From assembly GCA_036008325.1 (NCBI GenBank), contig DASYNW010000199.1, positions 607-64,606 of the forward strand: DNA of 64,000 nucleotides, read 5' to 3'. This stretch comes from Stellaceae bacterium (lineage in GTDB: Bacteria; Pseudomonadota; Alphaproteobacteria; ATCC43930; CGMCC-115725). Made by a program: the position numbers and the translations under genes. Under the pieces are notes generated by a model, which was given only the letters and a program-made list of their open reading frames with translations, made no database searches and was not told the DNA's origin. Below are positions 1 through 13,537 of the stretch, in pieces (the stretch's first letter is position 1; each line of letters starts with the position of its first letter).

Positions 1-516
1 GGCCACCTTGCCCCACGGCACATGGACCGCCAGCGCAGCTGCGACATAGGCGAACAGGGTCACGGCCGTCCATTTCAGAATGTGCACATAGTTTTCGTAT
101 CGGGCGAATATTTCGAGCAGCGCGCAGCCGACGGCAAAAGCAACGACATAGAGTTTGATCGGCCCGCCGAGCAGCAGTCCCAGCGCCGCCCCCATGGCGC
201 CGAGATCAGCGCCGAGATTGATGATGTTGGCGCCGAGCAGCAGGGCCACGATGACTTGCAGCAGCCATCGCGGGTAGTGCTCGCGGATGTTGCCGGCGAT
301 GCCGTCGCCGGTAACCCGGCCGATGCGGGCGCTGACCTCCTGGATCGCGGTCATCAGCGGCCACGTAAACAGCATGACCCAGGCCATGCTGTAGCCGAAC
401 TGCGCGCCGACCTGCGAATAGGTGGCGATGCCGCTGGGATCGTCATCCGAGGCGCCGGTGATCAGCCCGGGGCCGAGAAACGCCAAGATCCCGCGTTGGC
501 GCGGCCGGCGCGGCAT
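1..516 (-). CDS. Nramp-family divalent metal cation transporter, N-terminal part (gene continues beyond window start)
   Basis: Not in the ORF track because it is open at the window edge. Minus-strand translation from ATG 516 reads MPRRPRQRGILAFLGPGLITGASDDDPSGIATYSQVGAQFGYSMAWVML..., which carries the Nramp signature. An alternative in-frame TTG at 606 would overlap the upstream TonB-like stop as TTGA. Confidence 0.8.
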   Translation of the reverse strand, partial: MPRRPRQRGILAFLGPGLITGASDDDPSGIATYSQVGAQFGYSMAWVMLFTWPLMTAIQEVSARIGRVTGDGIAGNIREHYPRWLLQVIVALLLGANIINLGADLGAMGAALGLLLGGPIKLYVVAFAVGCALLEIFARYENYVHILKWTAVTLFAYVAAALAVHVPWGKVA

Positions 517-602
517 CCAATGATGCGCGATTCGCCCGGCGAGCGGTCGGGCGCTTTTTGGATTGCGATAGGCGGTCGGATCAGTCTCCAGCGGGGTTTC
601 GG

Positions 603-1640
603 TCAATCGTCGAGCGCCTCGGGAAATTCGAGCCGGAACTCGAGCATCATGCTCGGCCCCTGAAACCATTGCGGCAAGGGCGGGAAGCGTCCGACCGCGC
701 GGATCATCTGCTCGACCCGCTGATCGATGTCGGGATAGCCCGAGCTCAGCTCGACGTTGAGCATCGCCACTGTGCCGTTGTCGAGCACCAGCACGTTGAT
801 GATCGTCTCGCCGCGCCGGCCGTCGACCAGCGAGTGGGACAACAGCCCGATATGTTGGCGCGCGAGATAGGCGAGATAGGCGAGATACTCGTCGCGCGTG
901 GCGGCGGGTCCCGGAAACCGCCCCGGCCGCGGGTTGAGATGCTGCGCCCGCCGGAGCGATTGGCGCGCCGCCGGCGACGATTTCGGCGGCAATTTGGGGG
1001 CGAGCGACTGGTCGGGTTCGAGAGGCTTCGGAAGTGCCAATTCGGCCGGCGTCGGCAATGGCGGCGGCGGTGGAAAGAAAGCGGTCTGCTGGGTCGCTTC
1101 GAGTGGAGAGTCCGCGCTCGACGCGGGTTTGTTGTTGGCGACGGGCGCCCTGCTGCGCGCCTGATCCCGCCCGTGGGTCCGCGGGCTGCCCATATCCTCG
1201 GAAGCGATCCGGCCGGCCGGCCGCCGCCTCTCCGGCTTCAGCTGCGGCTTGGGCGCCGGCCTTGGCCGAGGGGTTGGCGGCGGAGGCGGCTCAAAGACCA
1301 GCTGCACCGGGATCGGCGCGATCTCGGGCGGCCGGTGCATCGGCCAATCGAGCAGCAGCAGCAGGGGCAGGAGATGCAGCAGCAGCGAACCGATCGGCCC
1401 GAATGGGTGCCGGGGCGACTGCGCTGCGACTGGCGGCTCGCGTTCGGGAAGCGGCGGCGATCCGGCCGGCATCGGCGCGGCCAGCGGAATTGCCGGCTCG
1501 CGGCGACCCTCGACCGGCAGATCGGCGGCGAGCGGGATCGGCGACCAGGATAGCAGCGGCCGCCAGCCCGGCGACCCGGACGAGGGCGCGAAGCCGGGCT
1601 CGCTGCGGTTTTCGTCGATTGGCGCGTCGATGCGGAACAC
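603..1640 (-). CDS. TonB-family energy transducer (proline-rich linker plus C-terminal TonB domain)
   Basis: ORF 603..1640. It has one hydrophobic helix (GSLLLHLLPLLLLLDW), a long P-rich spacer (PPPPPTPRPRPAPKPQLKP) and a C-terminal TonB_C-like segment (ETIINVLVLDNGTVAMLNVELSSGYPDIDQRV...PPLP). The start is uncertain: GTG 1640, or ATG 1472. Confidence 0.7.
   Translation of the reverse strand: MFRIDAPIDENRSEPGFAPSSGSPGWRPLLSWSPIPLAADLPVEGRREPAIPLAAPMPAGSPPLPEREPPVAAQSPRHPFGPIGSLLLHLLPLLLLLDWPMHRPPEIAPIPVQLVFEPPPPPTPRPRPAPKPQLKPERRRPAGRIASEDMGSPRTHGRDQARSRAPVANNKPASSADSPLEATQQTAFFPPPPPLPTPAELALPKPLEPDQSLAPKLPPKSSPAARQSLRRAQHLNPRPGRFPGPAATRDEYLAYLAYLARQHIGLLSHSLVDGRRGETIINVLVLDNGTVAMLNVELSSGYPDIDQRVEQMIRAVGRFPPLPQWFQGPSMMLEFRLEFPEALDD
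862..888. repeat. 9-bp tandem repeat x3 (gcgagatag gcgagatag gcgagatac) inside the TonB-like gene
   Basis: Read directly from the sequence. It is in frame and encodes YLAYLAYLA on the minus strand. Confidence 0.9.
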
Positions 1641-1649
1641 CGCCCGCTA

Positions 1650-5467
<3,818 letters not shown>

Positions 5468-5766
5468 TCCCCCAATGATATAGGCGCCGCGAGGGCCAAA
5501 CCAGGGAGCGCCTGCCGGTCCCGGGCGGCAAAAAAAGGAGATCCGGCTCCGGTGCGGAGATAGCGGCCCAATAGCGGGCGAGAAGCCGGCGCCCGCATTC
5601 CCGAACACTCCGAGCTTTTTTCCGGTGCATCCTGGCTGCAAGGGTTAGGGGGCGCACCAAACCCAGCCGGACGGCCTGAGGGCGCGCTCAGATACCTCAG
5701 CCCGCTGTCGGAGCGACATGAACAATTGTTAATCTTGGGACGTGCCTGATCGGGACTGGCTCTGGG

Positions 5767-6597
5767 TCAGAACAGGCTGCCGACGGTGCGGCCGAACCAG
5801 CTTTGCGTCTGGGCGTCGGGCTCTTGGCTTCCCTTTAAGAGGGCGTAGGCGTCACCGTACCACTCGCTTCCCGGATAATTGTAGCCGAGGACCGCGGCAT
5901 TGCGTTTTGCCTCGGCGGTCAGCCCCAGCGCCAGGTCGCATTCGACGAGCCGTTCGAGCGCCTCGGGGACGTGGGTCGTCGTCTGATATTTCTCGATAAC
6001 GCGCTTGAAGCGGTTCATTGCCGCCAGATACTGATCGCGAATCAGATAATAGCGGCCAATCTCCATTTCCTTTCCGGCCAGGTGGTCGAGCGTGAAGTCG
6101 CGTTTGAGCTTGGCGTCGCGGGCGTATCTGGTGTCGGGAAAGCGGCGGATTACGTCGTCGAGCGCCTTCAGGGCGAGCTCGGTCGTCTTCTGGTCGCGGC
6201 CGACATCGACGATCTGAACGTAATAGGAGATCGCCTTCAGATAGTAGGCATAATCGACGTCCCGATTTCCCGGGTGGAGCGTGATGAAGCGATCGGCGGC
6301 AATGATCGCGTCGTTATAGCTGCCTGCCTCGTAGAGGGCGTAAGCCGCCATCAGCTGGCTCTTGGTCGCCCAGATTGAATACGGATGCTGGCTTTCGACC
6401 TGATCGAAGGTCTTGGCCGACTGGTCGTAGCGCTCCTCGACCATCTGGTCCATGGCCTGGTTGTAAAGATCGTCGACCGGTTTTTCGATGTAGGCGTCCT
6501 TTTGGGCGCCCCCGCAGGCGGTGAGCCAAGCCATCAGCGCGGCCACGGCAAGCGGTCGGGACAGGGCAAGCGGTCGGGACAGGGATAGCGAGCGCAT
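5767..6597 (-). CDS. bamD: Outer membrane protein assembly factor BamD (ComL/YfiO lipoprotein)
   Basis: Lipoprotein signal with lipobox LTAC, then TPR-like repeats (YNQAMDQMVEERYDQSAKTF..., RYARDAKLKRD). The position between recN and lpxC is conserved. Start ATG 6597. Confidence 0.9.
   Translation of the reverse strand: MRSLSLSRPLALSRPLAVAALMAWLTACGGAQKDAYIEKPVDDLYNQAMDQMVEERYDQSAKTFDQVESQHPYSIWATKSQLMAAYALYEAGSYNDAIIAADRFITLHPGNRDVDYAYYLKAISYYVQIVDVGRDQKTTELALKALDDVIRRFPDTRYARDAKLKRDFTLDHLAGKEMEIGRYYLIRDQYLAAMNRFKRVIEKYQTTTHVPEALERLVECDLALGLTAEAKRNAAVLGYNYPGSEWYGDAYALLKGSQEPDAQTQSWFGRTVGSLF
6548..6583. repeat. Perfect 18-bp tandem duplication (gcaagcggtcgggacagg x2) in the bamD signal-peptide region
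   Basis: Read directly. It is in frame and duplicates LSRPLA in MRSLSLSRPLALSRPLAVAALMAWLTAC. Confidence 0.9.
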
Positions 6598-6691
6598 CGG
6601 CAAATCCGACCTGATCCAGCGCTTCACGTCTGTGGCCGATTTATGTGCGCGGCACCGAAGATTGGCAAGATCGACAAATCCTTCGCGCCGA

Positions 6692-7621
6692 TCATGCTCG
6701 GGCGCGCTGCCTCTCACCCTCGTGATCGATCGTTAGAGGCCGGAATGCCGCCGCCGGGGCCGTCCAGGTCCAGGCCTCGGGATCGGAGAACAACGCCGCC
6801 AGCAGGCGCCTGGTATGCGCGTGGCCCGAGCGCACCCCGCGGAAATGGCCGATAAGCGGTGCACCGGCCAGATAAAGGTCGCCAACCGCATCGAGCAGCT
6901 TGTGACGGACGAACTCGTCCTCATAGCGCAAGCCGCCGCTGTTCAGCACGCGGTCGCCATTGACCACAATCACATTGTCGAGCGAGCCGCCACGCGCCAG
7001 GCCAGCCTCGCGCAGGCGAGAGACTTCGTCGAGCAAACCAAAGGTGCGAGCGCGGCTGAGCTGGGATTTGAAGGTTTCGCGGTCGAGCAGGACGCTCATA
7101 TCCTGCCGCCGAATCAGCGCGCTTTCAAAATCGATTTCGAAGCTCATCGAAAAGCCGCGGCCGGGAGAAAGCACCGCCATCGCGCCGTCGGCGACGACGC
7201 TGACCTGCTTCAGCACTTTAACCGCACGCCGCGGCGCTTCTTGCTCGACGATGCCGGCGCATTCGATCAGGAACATAAAGGGAGCGGCGCTGCCATCCAT
7301 GATCGGCACCTCGGGTCCGTCGATCTCGACGATTGCGTTGTCGATCTCGGCTCCGGCCAGCGCCGCCATTAGATGCTCGACCGTGCCGACATTCGTTCCG
7401 ATACCGTCGGACAGCATCGTGCAGCGCGACGATTCGACCGCATTGATCCAGTTTGCGCGGATCTCGACGGCGGCGTCGGTGCGACGGAAGACGATTCCGG
7501 TCCCCAGCGCCGCCGGCAACAAACCCATCGCTACCCGTCGGCCCGAATGAAGACCGACCCCCCGGCAGCCGATCGGATTTTTCAAGGTTTGCTGCGGCGG
7601 CGCCTCGATTTCCCCCAACAT
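6692..7621 (-). CDS. lpxC: UDP-3-O-acyl-N-acetylglucosamine deacetylase LpxC
   Basis: The N-terminus [28 protein letters not shown] matches the LpxC start, and [14 protein letters not shown] and [11 protein letters not shown] motifs are present. Confidence 0.95.
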   Translation of the reverse strand: MLGEIEAPPQQTLKNPIGCRGVGLHSGRRVAMGLLPAALGTGIVFRRTDAAVEIRANWINAVESSRCTMLSDGIGTNVGTVEHLMAALAGAEIDNAIVEIDGPEVPIMDGSAAPFMFLIECAGIVEQEAPRRAVKVLKQVSVVADGAMAVLSPGRGFSMSFEIDFESALIRRQDMSVLLDRETFKSQLSRARTFGLLDEVSRLREAGLARGGSLDNVIVVNGDRVLNSGGLRYEDEFVRHKLLDAVGDLYLAGAPLIGHFRGVRSGHAHTRRLLAALFSDPEAWTWTAPAAAFRPLTIDHEGERQRARA

Positions 7622-7825
7622 GCGACTGACTTCTCAAAGTTGCCCCCAACCCGATGAAAACCTATCGATGCGAGCTGATCGCCTCAAATCACTCTTTGTT
7701 GCGGATTGTTACGCTGCGGTACGAAGAAGCTCGCCAAGATCAGGCGCTTAGTCGTGATCTTTGCGGCGGTGCGGCAGCCGCTAAGCCGCCGCACCAAAGC
7801 CAGGATCGGGGCAGCCTCGAGCGCT

Positions 7826-9340
7826 TCAGTTCGCCTGACGCCGCAGAAAGGCCGGGATGTCGAGCAGATCGTCTTCTTTGGAGCCCGGGCGATCTTCCGG
7901 CTCCAGCGGGGCGAGCCGCGGCTGCGCCGGTTTGATGGCGGGCGGGATAGGCTGGCGCAACGTGCGCTCCGTTTCGGGCTGCGCCGAGCGGGCGCGGCCG
8001 ACCCCGGTAACGCGTTCGATCAAGCTCGGGACGCGGCCCTTTGGTTTCGGTGCGGCATCGCGCGGCGGCGCCGTCACCGGCACTGCCGGGTGGGTCAACG
8101 GCACCGGGCGGGCGGGCCCGGGGTCGACCGGTTTTGGCGCGATGAAGGCGCCGTCGCGCATCGCGACGTTTTCCGCCGCCGCCGCCTCCTGCGGCACCGA
8201 CTCGCCATCATGCTCGGCGCGGGCTTCGTTGTGCCGCCCGTCGAGCGCCGCCGCCGCATTCTGGGTCAACACCGGCTGGGTGTAGCCGCCGGTGGTCGCC
8301 TCGCGCATCGCCGGCGCCGCGGCAGGCTCGCGGCTGCTGACCAGACTGATCGCCGGCCGCGCCTGAGCCAGGGCCTCGGCGTCGATGCCGGTGGCGACGA
8401 CGGAAATCCGCATCTTGCCCGACAGGGTTTCGTCAAAGGTCGAACCGAAGATGATGTTGGCTTCGGGATCGACCTCCTCACGGATGCGATTGGCGGCCTC
8501 GTCGACCTCGAACAAGGTCATGTCGGGGCCGCCGGTGATGTTGATCAGGACGCCCTTGGCGCCCTTCATCGAGACATCTTCGAGCAGCGGGTTCGAAATC
8601 GCGGCCTCGGCGGCGTCGATCGACCGGCGGTCGCCTTCGGCCTCGCCGGTGCCCATCATCGCCTTGCCCATCTCGCTCATCACCGTGCGGATGTCGGCGA
8701 AATCGAGATTGATCAGCCCGGGCATCACCATCAGGTCGGTGACGCCGCGCACCCCCGAATGCAGCACGTCGTCGGCCATCTTGAAGGCGTCGGCAAAGGT
8801 GGTGCGCTCATTGGCGACGCGGAACAGGTTTTGGTTCGGGATGATGATCAGGGTGTCGACGAATTTCTGCAGCTCCTCGATCCCCGCCTCAGCAATCTTC
8901 ATTCGGTGGCTGCCCTCGAAATGAAAGGGCTTGGTCACGACGCCGATCGTCAAAATGCCCGATTCGCGGGCGATGCGGGCGATCACCGGCGCGCCGCCGG
9001 TGCCGGTGCCACCGCCCATTCCCGCGGTGATGAACACCATGTTGGAGCCCCCCATCGCCTCGAGGATCTCGTCCAGCGCCTCCTCAGCGGCAGCCCGCCC
9101 GACATCGGGCCGCGACCCGGCGCCGAGCCCGCGCGTCACCCCGATCCCGAGTTGAATCTTGCGATGGGCGCTCGATTGCTGCATCGCCTGCGCATCGGTA
9201 TTGCAGACGACGAATTCGCACCCGACCAAATTGGAGCGGATCATGTTGTTGACGGCGTTTCCCCCGGCGCCGCCCACCCCGACCACAGTGATTCGGGGCT
9301 TCATCTCCTGCTCGTCCCTGGGAATGCTCAGATTGATCAT
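7826..9340 (-). CDS. ftsZ: Cell division protein FtsZ
   Basis: [21 protein letters not shown], the GGGTGTG tubulin signature and the C-terminal [15 protein letters not shown] peptide are all present. I chose ATG 9340 because GGAGGA lies 4 nt upstream (504 aa). Confidence 0.95.
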   Translation of the reverse strand: MINLSIPRDEQEMKPRITVVGVGGAGGNAVNNMIRSNLVGCEFVVCNTDAQAMQQSSAHRKIQLGIGVTRGLGAGSRPDVGRAAAEEALDEILEAMGGSNMVFITAGMGGGTGTGGAPVIARIARESGILTIGVVTKPFHFEGSHRMKIAEAGIEELQKFVDTLIIIPNQNLFRVANERTTFADAFKMADDVLHSGVRGVTDLMVMPGLINLDFADIRTVMSEMGKAMMGTGEAEGDRRSIDAAEAAISNPLLEDVSMKGAKGVLINITGGPDMTLFEVDEAANRIREEVDPEANIIFGSTFDETLSGKMRISVVATGIDAEALAQARPAISLVSSREPAAAPAMREATTGGYTQPVLTQNAAAALDGRHNEARAEHDGESVPQEAAAAENVAMRDGAFIAPKPVDPGPARPVPLTHPAVPVTAPPRDAAPKPKGRVPSLIERVTGVGRARSAQPETERTLRQPIPPAIKPAQPRLAPLEPEDRPGSKEDDLLDIPAFLRRQAN

Positions 9341-9466
9341 ATGTCCTCCACTGCGCGGCTCGATCATGCCCGGAGCGTCCGGGCTTCCCCCTCTTTTGGC
9401 CGACATCGGTTTAGCCGGCTATCTTCGCTGCCGGTAACCGCGCCAGCATCAAGACGATAAATCCTC

Positions 9467-10819
9467 TCAGATGTTCTCCCGCAACCAATGGCCGAAGCGG
9501 CCAAAGATGCCGCTTGGCGAGCCAACCGCGGTGCGCTTGGCGGGCGGCGTCTCGGCGTGCTCCGACGTGGCGAAATGGAGCAGGCCGACGGCGGCCGAAA
9601 AAGCCGGGCCGGCGGTCGCCTCGGCGAGGCCAGCGACCCGCAGCGGGCGCCCGATGCGAACCTGCTTATCGAGGATCAGGCCGGCAAATTCGCGCGTGCC
9701 GTGCAGCTGACAGGCCCCGCCGGTCAGCACCACGCGCCGCCCCGCGACCTTGTCGAACCCGCTCGCCTCGAGACGGTTGCGCACCATTTCGAAAGTCTCC
9801 TCGATGCGGGGAGCGATAATCCCGACGAGCAGCGATTTCGGCACGTGATTGACCTGCCCGTCTTCCTCCTCGCCGATCTGCGGCACCGCGATCATCTCGC
9901 GTTCGTCGGTGCTGGCCGAAATGGCGGTGCCGAACAATGTCTTCATCCGTTCGGCATGGGCAACCGGGGTCGACAGCCCGCGCGCAATGTCGTTGGTTAC
10001 GTGACAGCCGCCGACCGGCACCGAATCGGCAAAGATCAGATTGCCGTCGAAAAAGACCGCGATCGTCGTGGTTCCACCGCCCATGTCGATGACCGTCACG
10101 CCGAGGCCGATCTCGTCCTCGACGAGGCAGGAGAGGCCGGCGGCATAGGGGCTGACGGCCAGTGCCTCGACCTCGAGATGCGAGCGCCCGATCGCGGCGG
10201 TGTGATTGCGCACCCCGGCGGCGGCGGCGGTCACCACATTCATGTTGACGCCGAGGCGCTCGCCATACATGCCGCGCGGGTCGCGGATGCCGCGGCTGTC
10301 GTCGATCGAGAACCCGACCGGCACCGAGTGGACGATCTGGCGGTCGCCCGGCTCGCGCAGCAGATAGCCCTGGTCGAGCACGCGCTGCAATTCGGCCTCG
10401 CCGACCTCATGCCCGGCGATGCCAATCTCCGCCTTGATGATGCGCGAGGCAGAAAACCCGCCCGACAGATTGGCCACCACCTGCTCGATGGTTTCCTTCG
10501 CCATTTCCTCGGCGGCGTGCACCGCGTTGGCGATCGAGGCGCCAGCAGCTTCGAGATCGACGATCGCTCCGTTCCGCAGACCGCGCGAAATCTGATGGCC
10601 GATGCCAATGACCTGCGGCCGATCCGGCTCGACCCGGGCGATAAAGCAGCACACCTTGGTGGTGCCGATATCGAGCGCGGCGACAAGGCTCCCCTGCGCT
10701 CGGTGCCGCGGTTTGGGCGGCCGCGGCGCCCGGCGCGGCTTGCCGTTTGCGCGCGTCGCGGCTGACGCAGACTGCCTTGGATCTGTCGCGCGGGTCCGCA
10801 CCTCGTCGATCGCGCTCAT
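9467..10819 (-). CDS. ftsA: Cell division protein FtsA
   Basis: Actin-like ATPase motifs (LVAALDIGTTKVCCFIA, VIDMGGGTTTIAVF). The 751-aa ORF is trimmed to ATG 10819, which forms an ATGA overlap with the ftsQ stop (450 aa). Confidence 0.95.
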   Translation of the reverse strand: MSAIDEVRTRATDPRQSASAATRANGKPRRAPRPPKPRHRAQGSLVAALDIGTTKVCCFIARVEPDRPQVIGIGHQISRGLRNGAIVDLEAAGASIANAVHAAEEMAKETIEQVVANLSGGFSASRIIKAEIGIAGHEVGEAELQRVLDQGYLLREPGDRQIVHSVPVGFSIDDSRGIRDPRGMYGERLGVNMNVVTAAAAGVRNHTAAIGRSHLEVEALAVSPYAAGLSCLVEDEIGLGVTVIDMGGGTTTIAVFFDGNLIFADSVPVGGCHVTNDIARGLSTPVAHAERMKTLFGTAISASTDEREMIAVPQIGEEEDGQVNHVPKSLLVGIIAPRIEETFEMVRNRLEASGFDKVAGRRVVLTGGACQLHGTREFAGLILDKQVRIGRPLRVAGLAEATAGPAFSAAVGLLHFATSEHAETPPAKRTAVGSPSGIFGRFGHWLRENI

Positions 10820-11691
10820 GTATTTTTCGCCGGCGGGCGTCCTTTCTTGGTTGTCGGGGGTTCCTTCGCAGGCTCCGGCGCGACCCGCACGACGAGCCGG
10901 TCGGGCAGACGCAGGTCGATGGCTTGAACATCGCGCTGGAGAATGGCGCTCGAACGTTGCAGGCGGGCGAGATCGGCCCATGCGGCCTCGGGGTCGTCGG
11001 CGGGCAGCAGCACGTCGATCGCCGTATCGATGCGCAGGTTCCAGCGCCGGCCGCCGACCCGCACCGCCGCCGTGACGCGCGAGGCGAGGTCGGGCTGGCT
11101 CGCCAGCATTTTCAACAACTGGGCGGCGTGGCTTGCGGCGTCGGCGCCGACCACCAACGGCAGTTTGGCGAAACGGTCGAGGCGGGTGACCGGGATCACC
11201 GCGCCGGTGCGGTCGATCAGCTCGATCTTGCCGTCGTGCTGCCACAGCGCCAACGGCTCGCGCTCGACCAGGCGCACGTACAGGGTGTCGGGAAGGCGGC
11301 GCTCGATCAGCGCGGAGCGGACCCAAGGCAGGCGTTCGAGCTTTCCTTTGGCGCGCACCGGATCGATCGCCAGGATCGGGGTGCCGAGCCTGGCGCCGAG
11401 CGCATCGAAGATGGTTTCGCGATCGGTCGTGCGACGTCCCTCGACCCGGATGTCGGCGACCCGCAAACCGAGTGCCGCGGTGGCTTCGAGCAGACGGTGC
11501 GAGGCGCTGTGCACCAGGGATTGGCCGAATGGCGCCCGGCTGAATTCCGCAGTCCCGAAAACCGCGACCGCCAAAAGCGCTGGAGCGCAGGCCCACCGGG
11601 CGAGCCGCCAATGCCGCTGCTGCCTCCCGGAACGGCGGTGCATCGCGGGCGCGGGGCCTACCCCTCGCATGCCGCGTTCTCCACGATCCAC
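10816..11691 (-). CDS. ftsQ: Cell division protein FtsQ (POTRA domain)
   Basis: One TM helix is followed by POTRA-like LRVADIRVEGRRTTDRETIFDALG...LPWVRSALIERRLPDTLYVRLVEREP. It sits between ddl and ftsA. The start is uncertain (11691, 11670 or 11643). Confidence 0.85.
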   Translation of the reverse strand: MDRGERGMRGVGPAPAMHRRSGRQQRHWRLARWACAPALLAVAVFGTAEFSRAPFGQSLVHSASHRLLEATAALGLRVADIRVEGRRTTDRETIFDALGARLGTPILAIDPVRAKGKLERLPWVRSALIERRLPDTLYVRLVEREPLALWQHDGKIELIDRTGAVIPVTRLDRFAKLPLVVGADAASHAAQLLKMLASQPDLASRVTAAVRVGGRRWNLRIDTAIDVLLPADDPEAAWADLARLQRSSAILQRDVQAIDLRLPDRLVVRVAPEPAKEPPTTKKGRPPAKNT

Positions 11692-12578
11692 ACCACCAGT
11701 TCGTCAAAGCCGATGCCGGCATGCCGGGCGATATCGGGCACCAGCGAGGTCGGGGTCATGCCGGGCTGGGTGTTTACTTCCAGCAGATAGAGCCGGCCGC
11801 CACCTTCGGGCGTGTCGTCATAGCGCAGATCGGCCCGGCTGACGCCGCGGCAACCGAGGCAGCGATGCGCGCGCAAGGCGATGTCGAGCGCCCTCTCATA
11901 GATCCGGGGCGGGATCGGCGCCGGCACCAAATGGGCGGAGCCACCCTCGGCATATTTCGCCGTGTAGTCGTAAAAGCTGCCGCGCGGGACGATCTCGCAA
12001 ACACCGAGCGCGCGCTCGCCGATCACCGCCACGGTCAGCTCGCGCCCGGGAATGAAGCGCTCGACCATGATCTGCCGCCCGAAGCGCCAGCCCAGCACCT
12101 CTTCGCGCCAAGAATTGTCGCCGACCCGGACGATGCGCACGCCGACGCTCGAACCCTGGTTGACCGGCTTGACGACAAAAGGCGCCGGCAACGGGTCGCA
12201 CCGGGCCAGTTCGTCGGCGGCGGCGACGACATCCTCGGCGACTGGAAGGCCGGCGGCGCGGAACAGCATTTTTGCGGTGGGCTTGTGCATGGCGAGGGCC
12301 GAAGCGAGAACCCCCGAATGGGTGTAGGGGATCGCCAGCATCTCGAACAGGGCCTGGATCGTGCCATCCTCGCCGCCGACCCCATGCAGGGCGTTGAAGA
12401 TCGCATCGGGGCGCGGATCGAGGCCGCGCAACAATGCCGGCAGGTCGCGGCCGACATCGATCGCGGTGACCCGGTAGCCATGATCGGCGAGCGCCTTCAC
12501 GCATTCGCGGCCGCTCGACAGCGAGACCTCGCGTTCGGGCGACCAGCCCCCCATCAGCAAGGCGATATGCTTGCTCAT
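11658..12578 (-). CDS. ddl: D-alanine--D-alanine ligase
   Basis: [48 protein letters not shown] and the ATP-grasp end LLEVNTQPGMT are present. ATG 12578 overlaps the murB stop (ATGA). Confidence 0.95.
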   Translation of the reverse strand: MSKHIALLMGGWSPEREVSLSSGRECVKALADHGYRVTAIDVGRDLPALLRGLDPRPDAIFNALHGVGGEDGTIQALFEMLAIPYTHSGVLASALAMHKPTAKMLFRAAGLPVAEDVVAAADELARCDPLPAPFVVKPVNQGSSVGVRIVRVGDNSWREEVLGWRFGRQIMVERFIPGRELTVAVIGERALGVCEIVPRGSFYDYTAKYAEGGSAHLVPAPIPPRIYERALDIALRAHRCLGCRGVSRADLRYDDTPEGGGRLYLLEVNTQPGMTPTSLVPDIARHAGIGFDELVVWIVENAACEG

Positions 12579-13537
12579 GGCTTTGCGGCTCCTGCGGCGA
12601 TCGGTTCGATGCCGGCAAGCGGACGCCCGATGCGCTCGATCTCCCATTCGAGCGCGATGCCGCACGCCTCGTGCACCCGACGCCTTACCTCCTCGCCGAG
12701 ATCTTCGAGATCGGCGGCGGTGGCGCCGCCGGTGTTGACCAGAAAATTTGCGTGTTTGGTCGACACCATCGCCCCGCCGCGGGTAAGACCGCGGCAGCGA
12801 GCCTGGTCGATCAGCCGCCAGGCGCTGTCATCCGGCGGGTTGCGGAAGGTCGAGCCGCCGGTGCGGCTGCGGATCGGCTGCGTGGCTTCCCGCGCTTGCC
12901 TGATCTCACTGATCCGCCGGGCGATCGCTTGCGGGTCGCCGGCCGCACCGCGCAGCCGGGCCTCGATAAAGATCCAGCCGGGATCGACGGCGCAATGGCG
13001 GTAGGAAAAGCCCATCGCCGGACCATCGATCACATGACAGGCGCCGCGGCGATCGATCGCCGTCGCCGCCACCAGCACATCTTTGATCTCGCAGCCATAG
13101 GCGCCGGCGTTCATGCGCAGGCCACCGCCGATCGTGCCGGGGATGCCGGAGAGGAATTCGAACCCGGCGATCCCCGCCTCGGCTCCGGCCAGCGCCACAT
13201 TGAGGTGAAGCGCCGCCGCGCCAGCCACGATATCGGTTCGATCAATGGTGAGGCCGGCGAATTCGCGGCCGAGACGGATCGTAACTTGAGGAATCCCGCC
13301 ATCGCGCACCAGCAGGTTGGCGCCGCCGCCGATCACCGTAACCGCAGCCGAGGGCGGGAGTGCCGCGAGAAAGGCGGCGAGGTCTTCGCCATCGGCAGGG
13401 CGAAACAGCATCTCCGCCGAGCCGCCGACGCCGAACCAAGTGCGCCGCCCGATCGCCGCGTCCGCGGTCAGTCGGCCGCGCACCGCCGGCAGCGCGAGCG
13501 CCGGCCTCGCCGCAGAATCAGGCCGCGCCGCAATCAT
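12575..13537 (-). CDS. murB: UDP-N-acetylenolpyruvoylglucosamine reductase MurB
   Basis: [17 protein letters not shown], the FAD-binding [12 protein letters not shown] and GSTFRNP motifs are present. ATG 13537 overlaps the murC stop (ATGA). Confidence 0.95.
   Translation of the reverse strand: MIAARPDSAARPALALPAVRGRLTADAAIGRRTWFGVGGSAEMLFRPADGEDLAAFLAALPPSAAVTVIGGGANLLVRDGGIPQVTIRLGREFAGLTIDRTDIVAGAAALHLNVALAGAEAGIAGFEFLSGIPGTIGGGLRMNAGAYGCEIKDVLVAATAIDRRGACHVIDGPAMGFSYRHCAVDPGWIFIEARLRGAAGDPQAIARRISEIRQAREATQPIRSRTGGSTFRNPPDDSAWRLIDQARCRGLTRGGAMVSTKHANFLVNTGGATAADLEDLGEEVRRRVHEACGIALEWEIERIGRPLAGIEPIAAGAAKP

Noticed and set aside
5706-5735. GAACAATTGTTAATC near the 10-bp palindrome AACAATTGTT, considered as an alphaproteobacterial SOS box (GAAC-N7-GAAC) for recN
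   Set aside because: The second half-site is AATC (two mismatches), and the site is about 250 nt upstream of the recN start. I found no better GAAC-N7-GAAC or GTTC-N7-GTTC match between 5468 and 5766.
7706-9460. 584-aa plus-strand ORF covering the ftsZ locus
   Set aside because: It is antisense to an unmistakable ftsZ gene. Its R/G/A-rich low-complexity translation is typical of shadow ORFs in GC-rich DNA. The same applies to 3584..5563 (antisense to recN), 15740..17263 (antisense to ftsW), 17422..18444 (antisense to mraY), 41869..43095 (antisense to dnaB) and 56362..58134 (antisense to ptsP).
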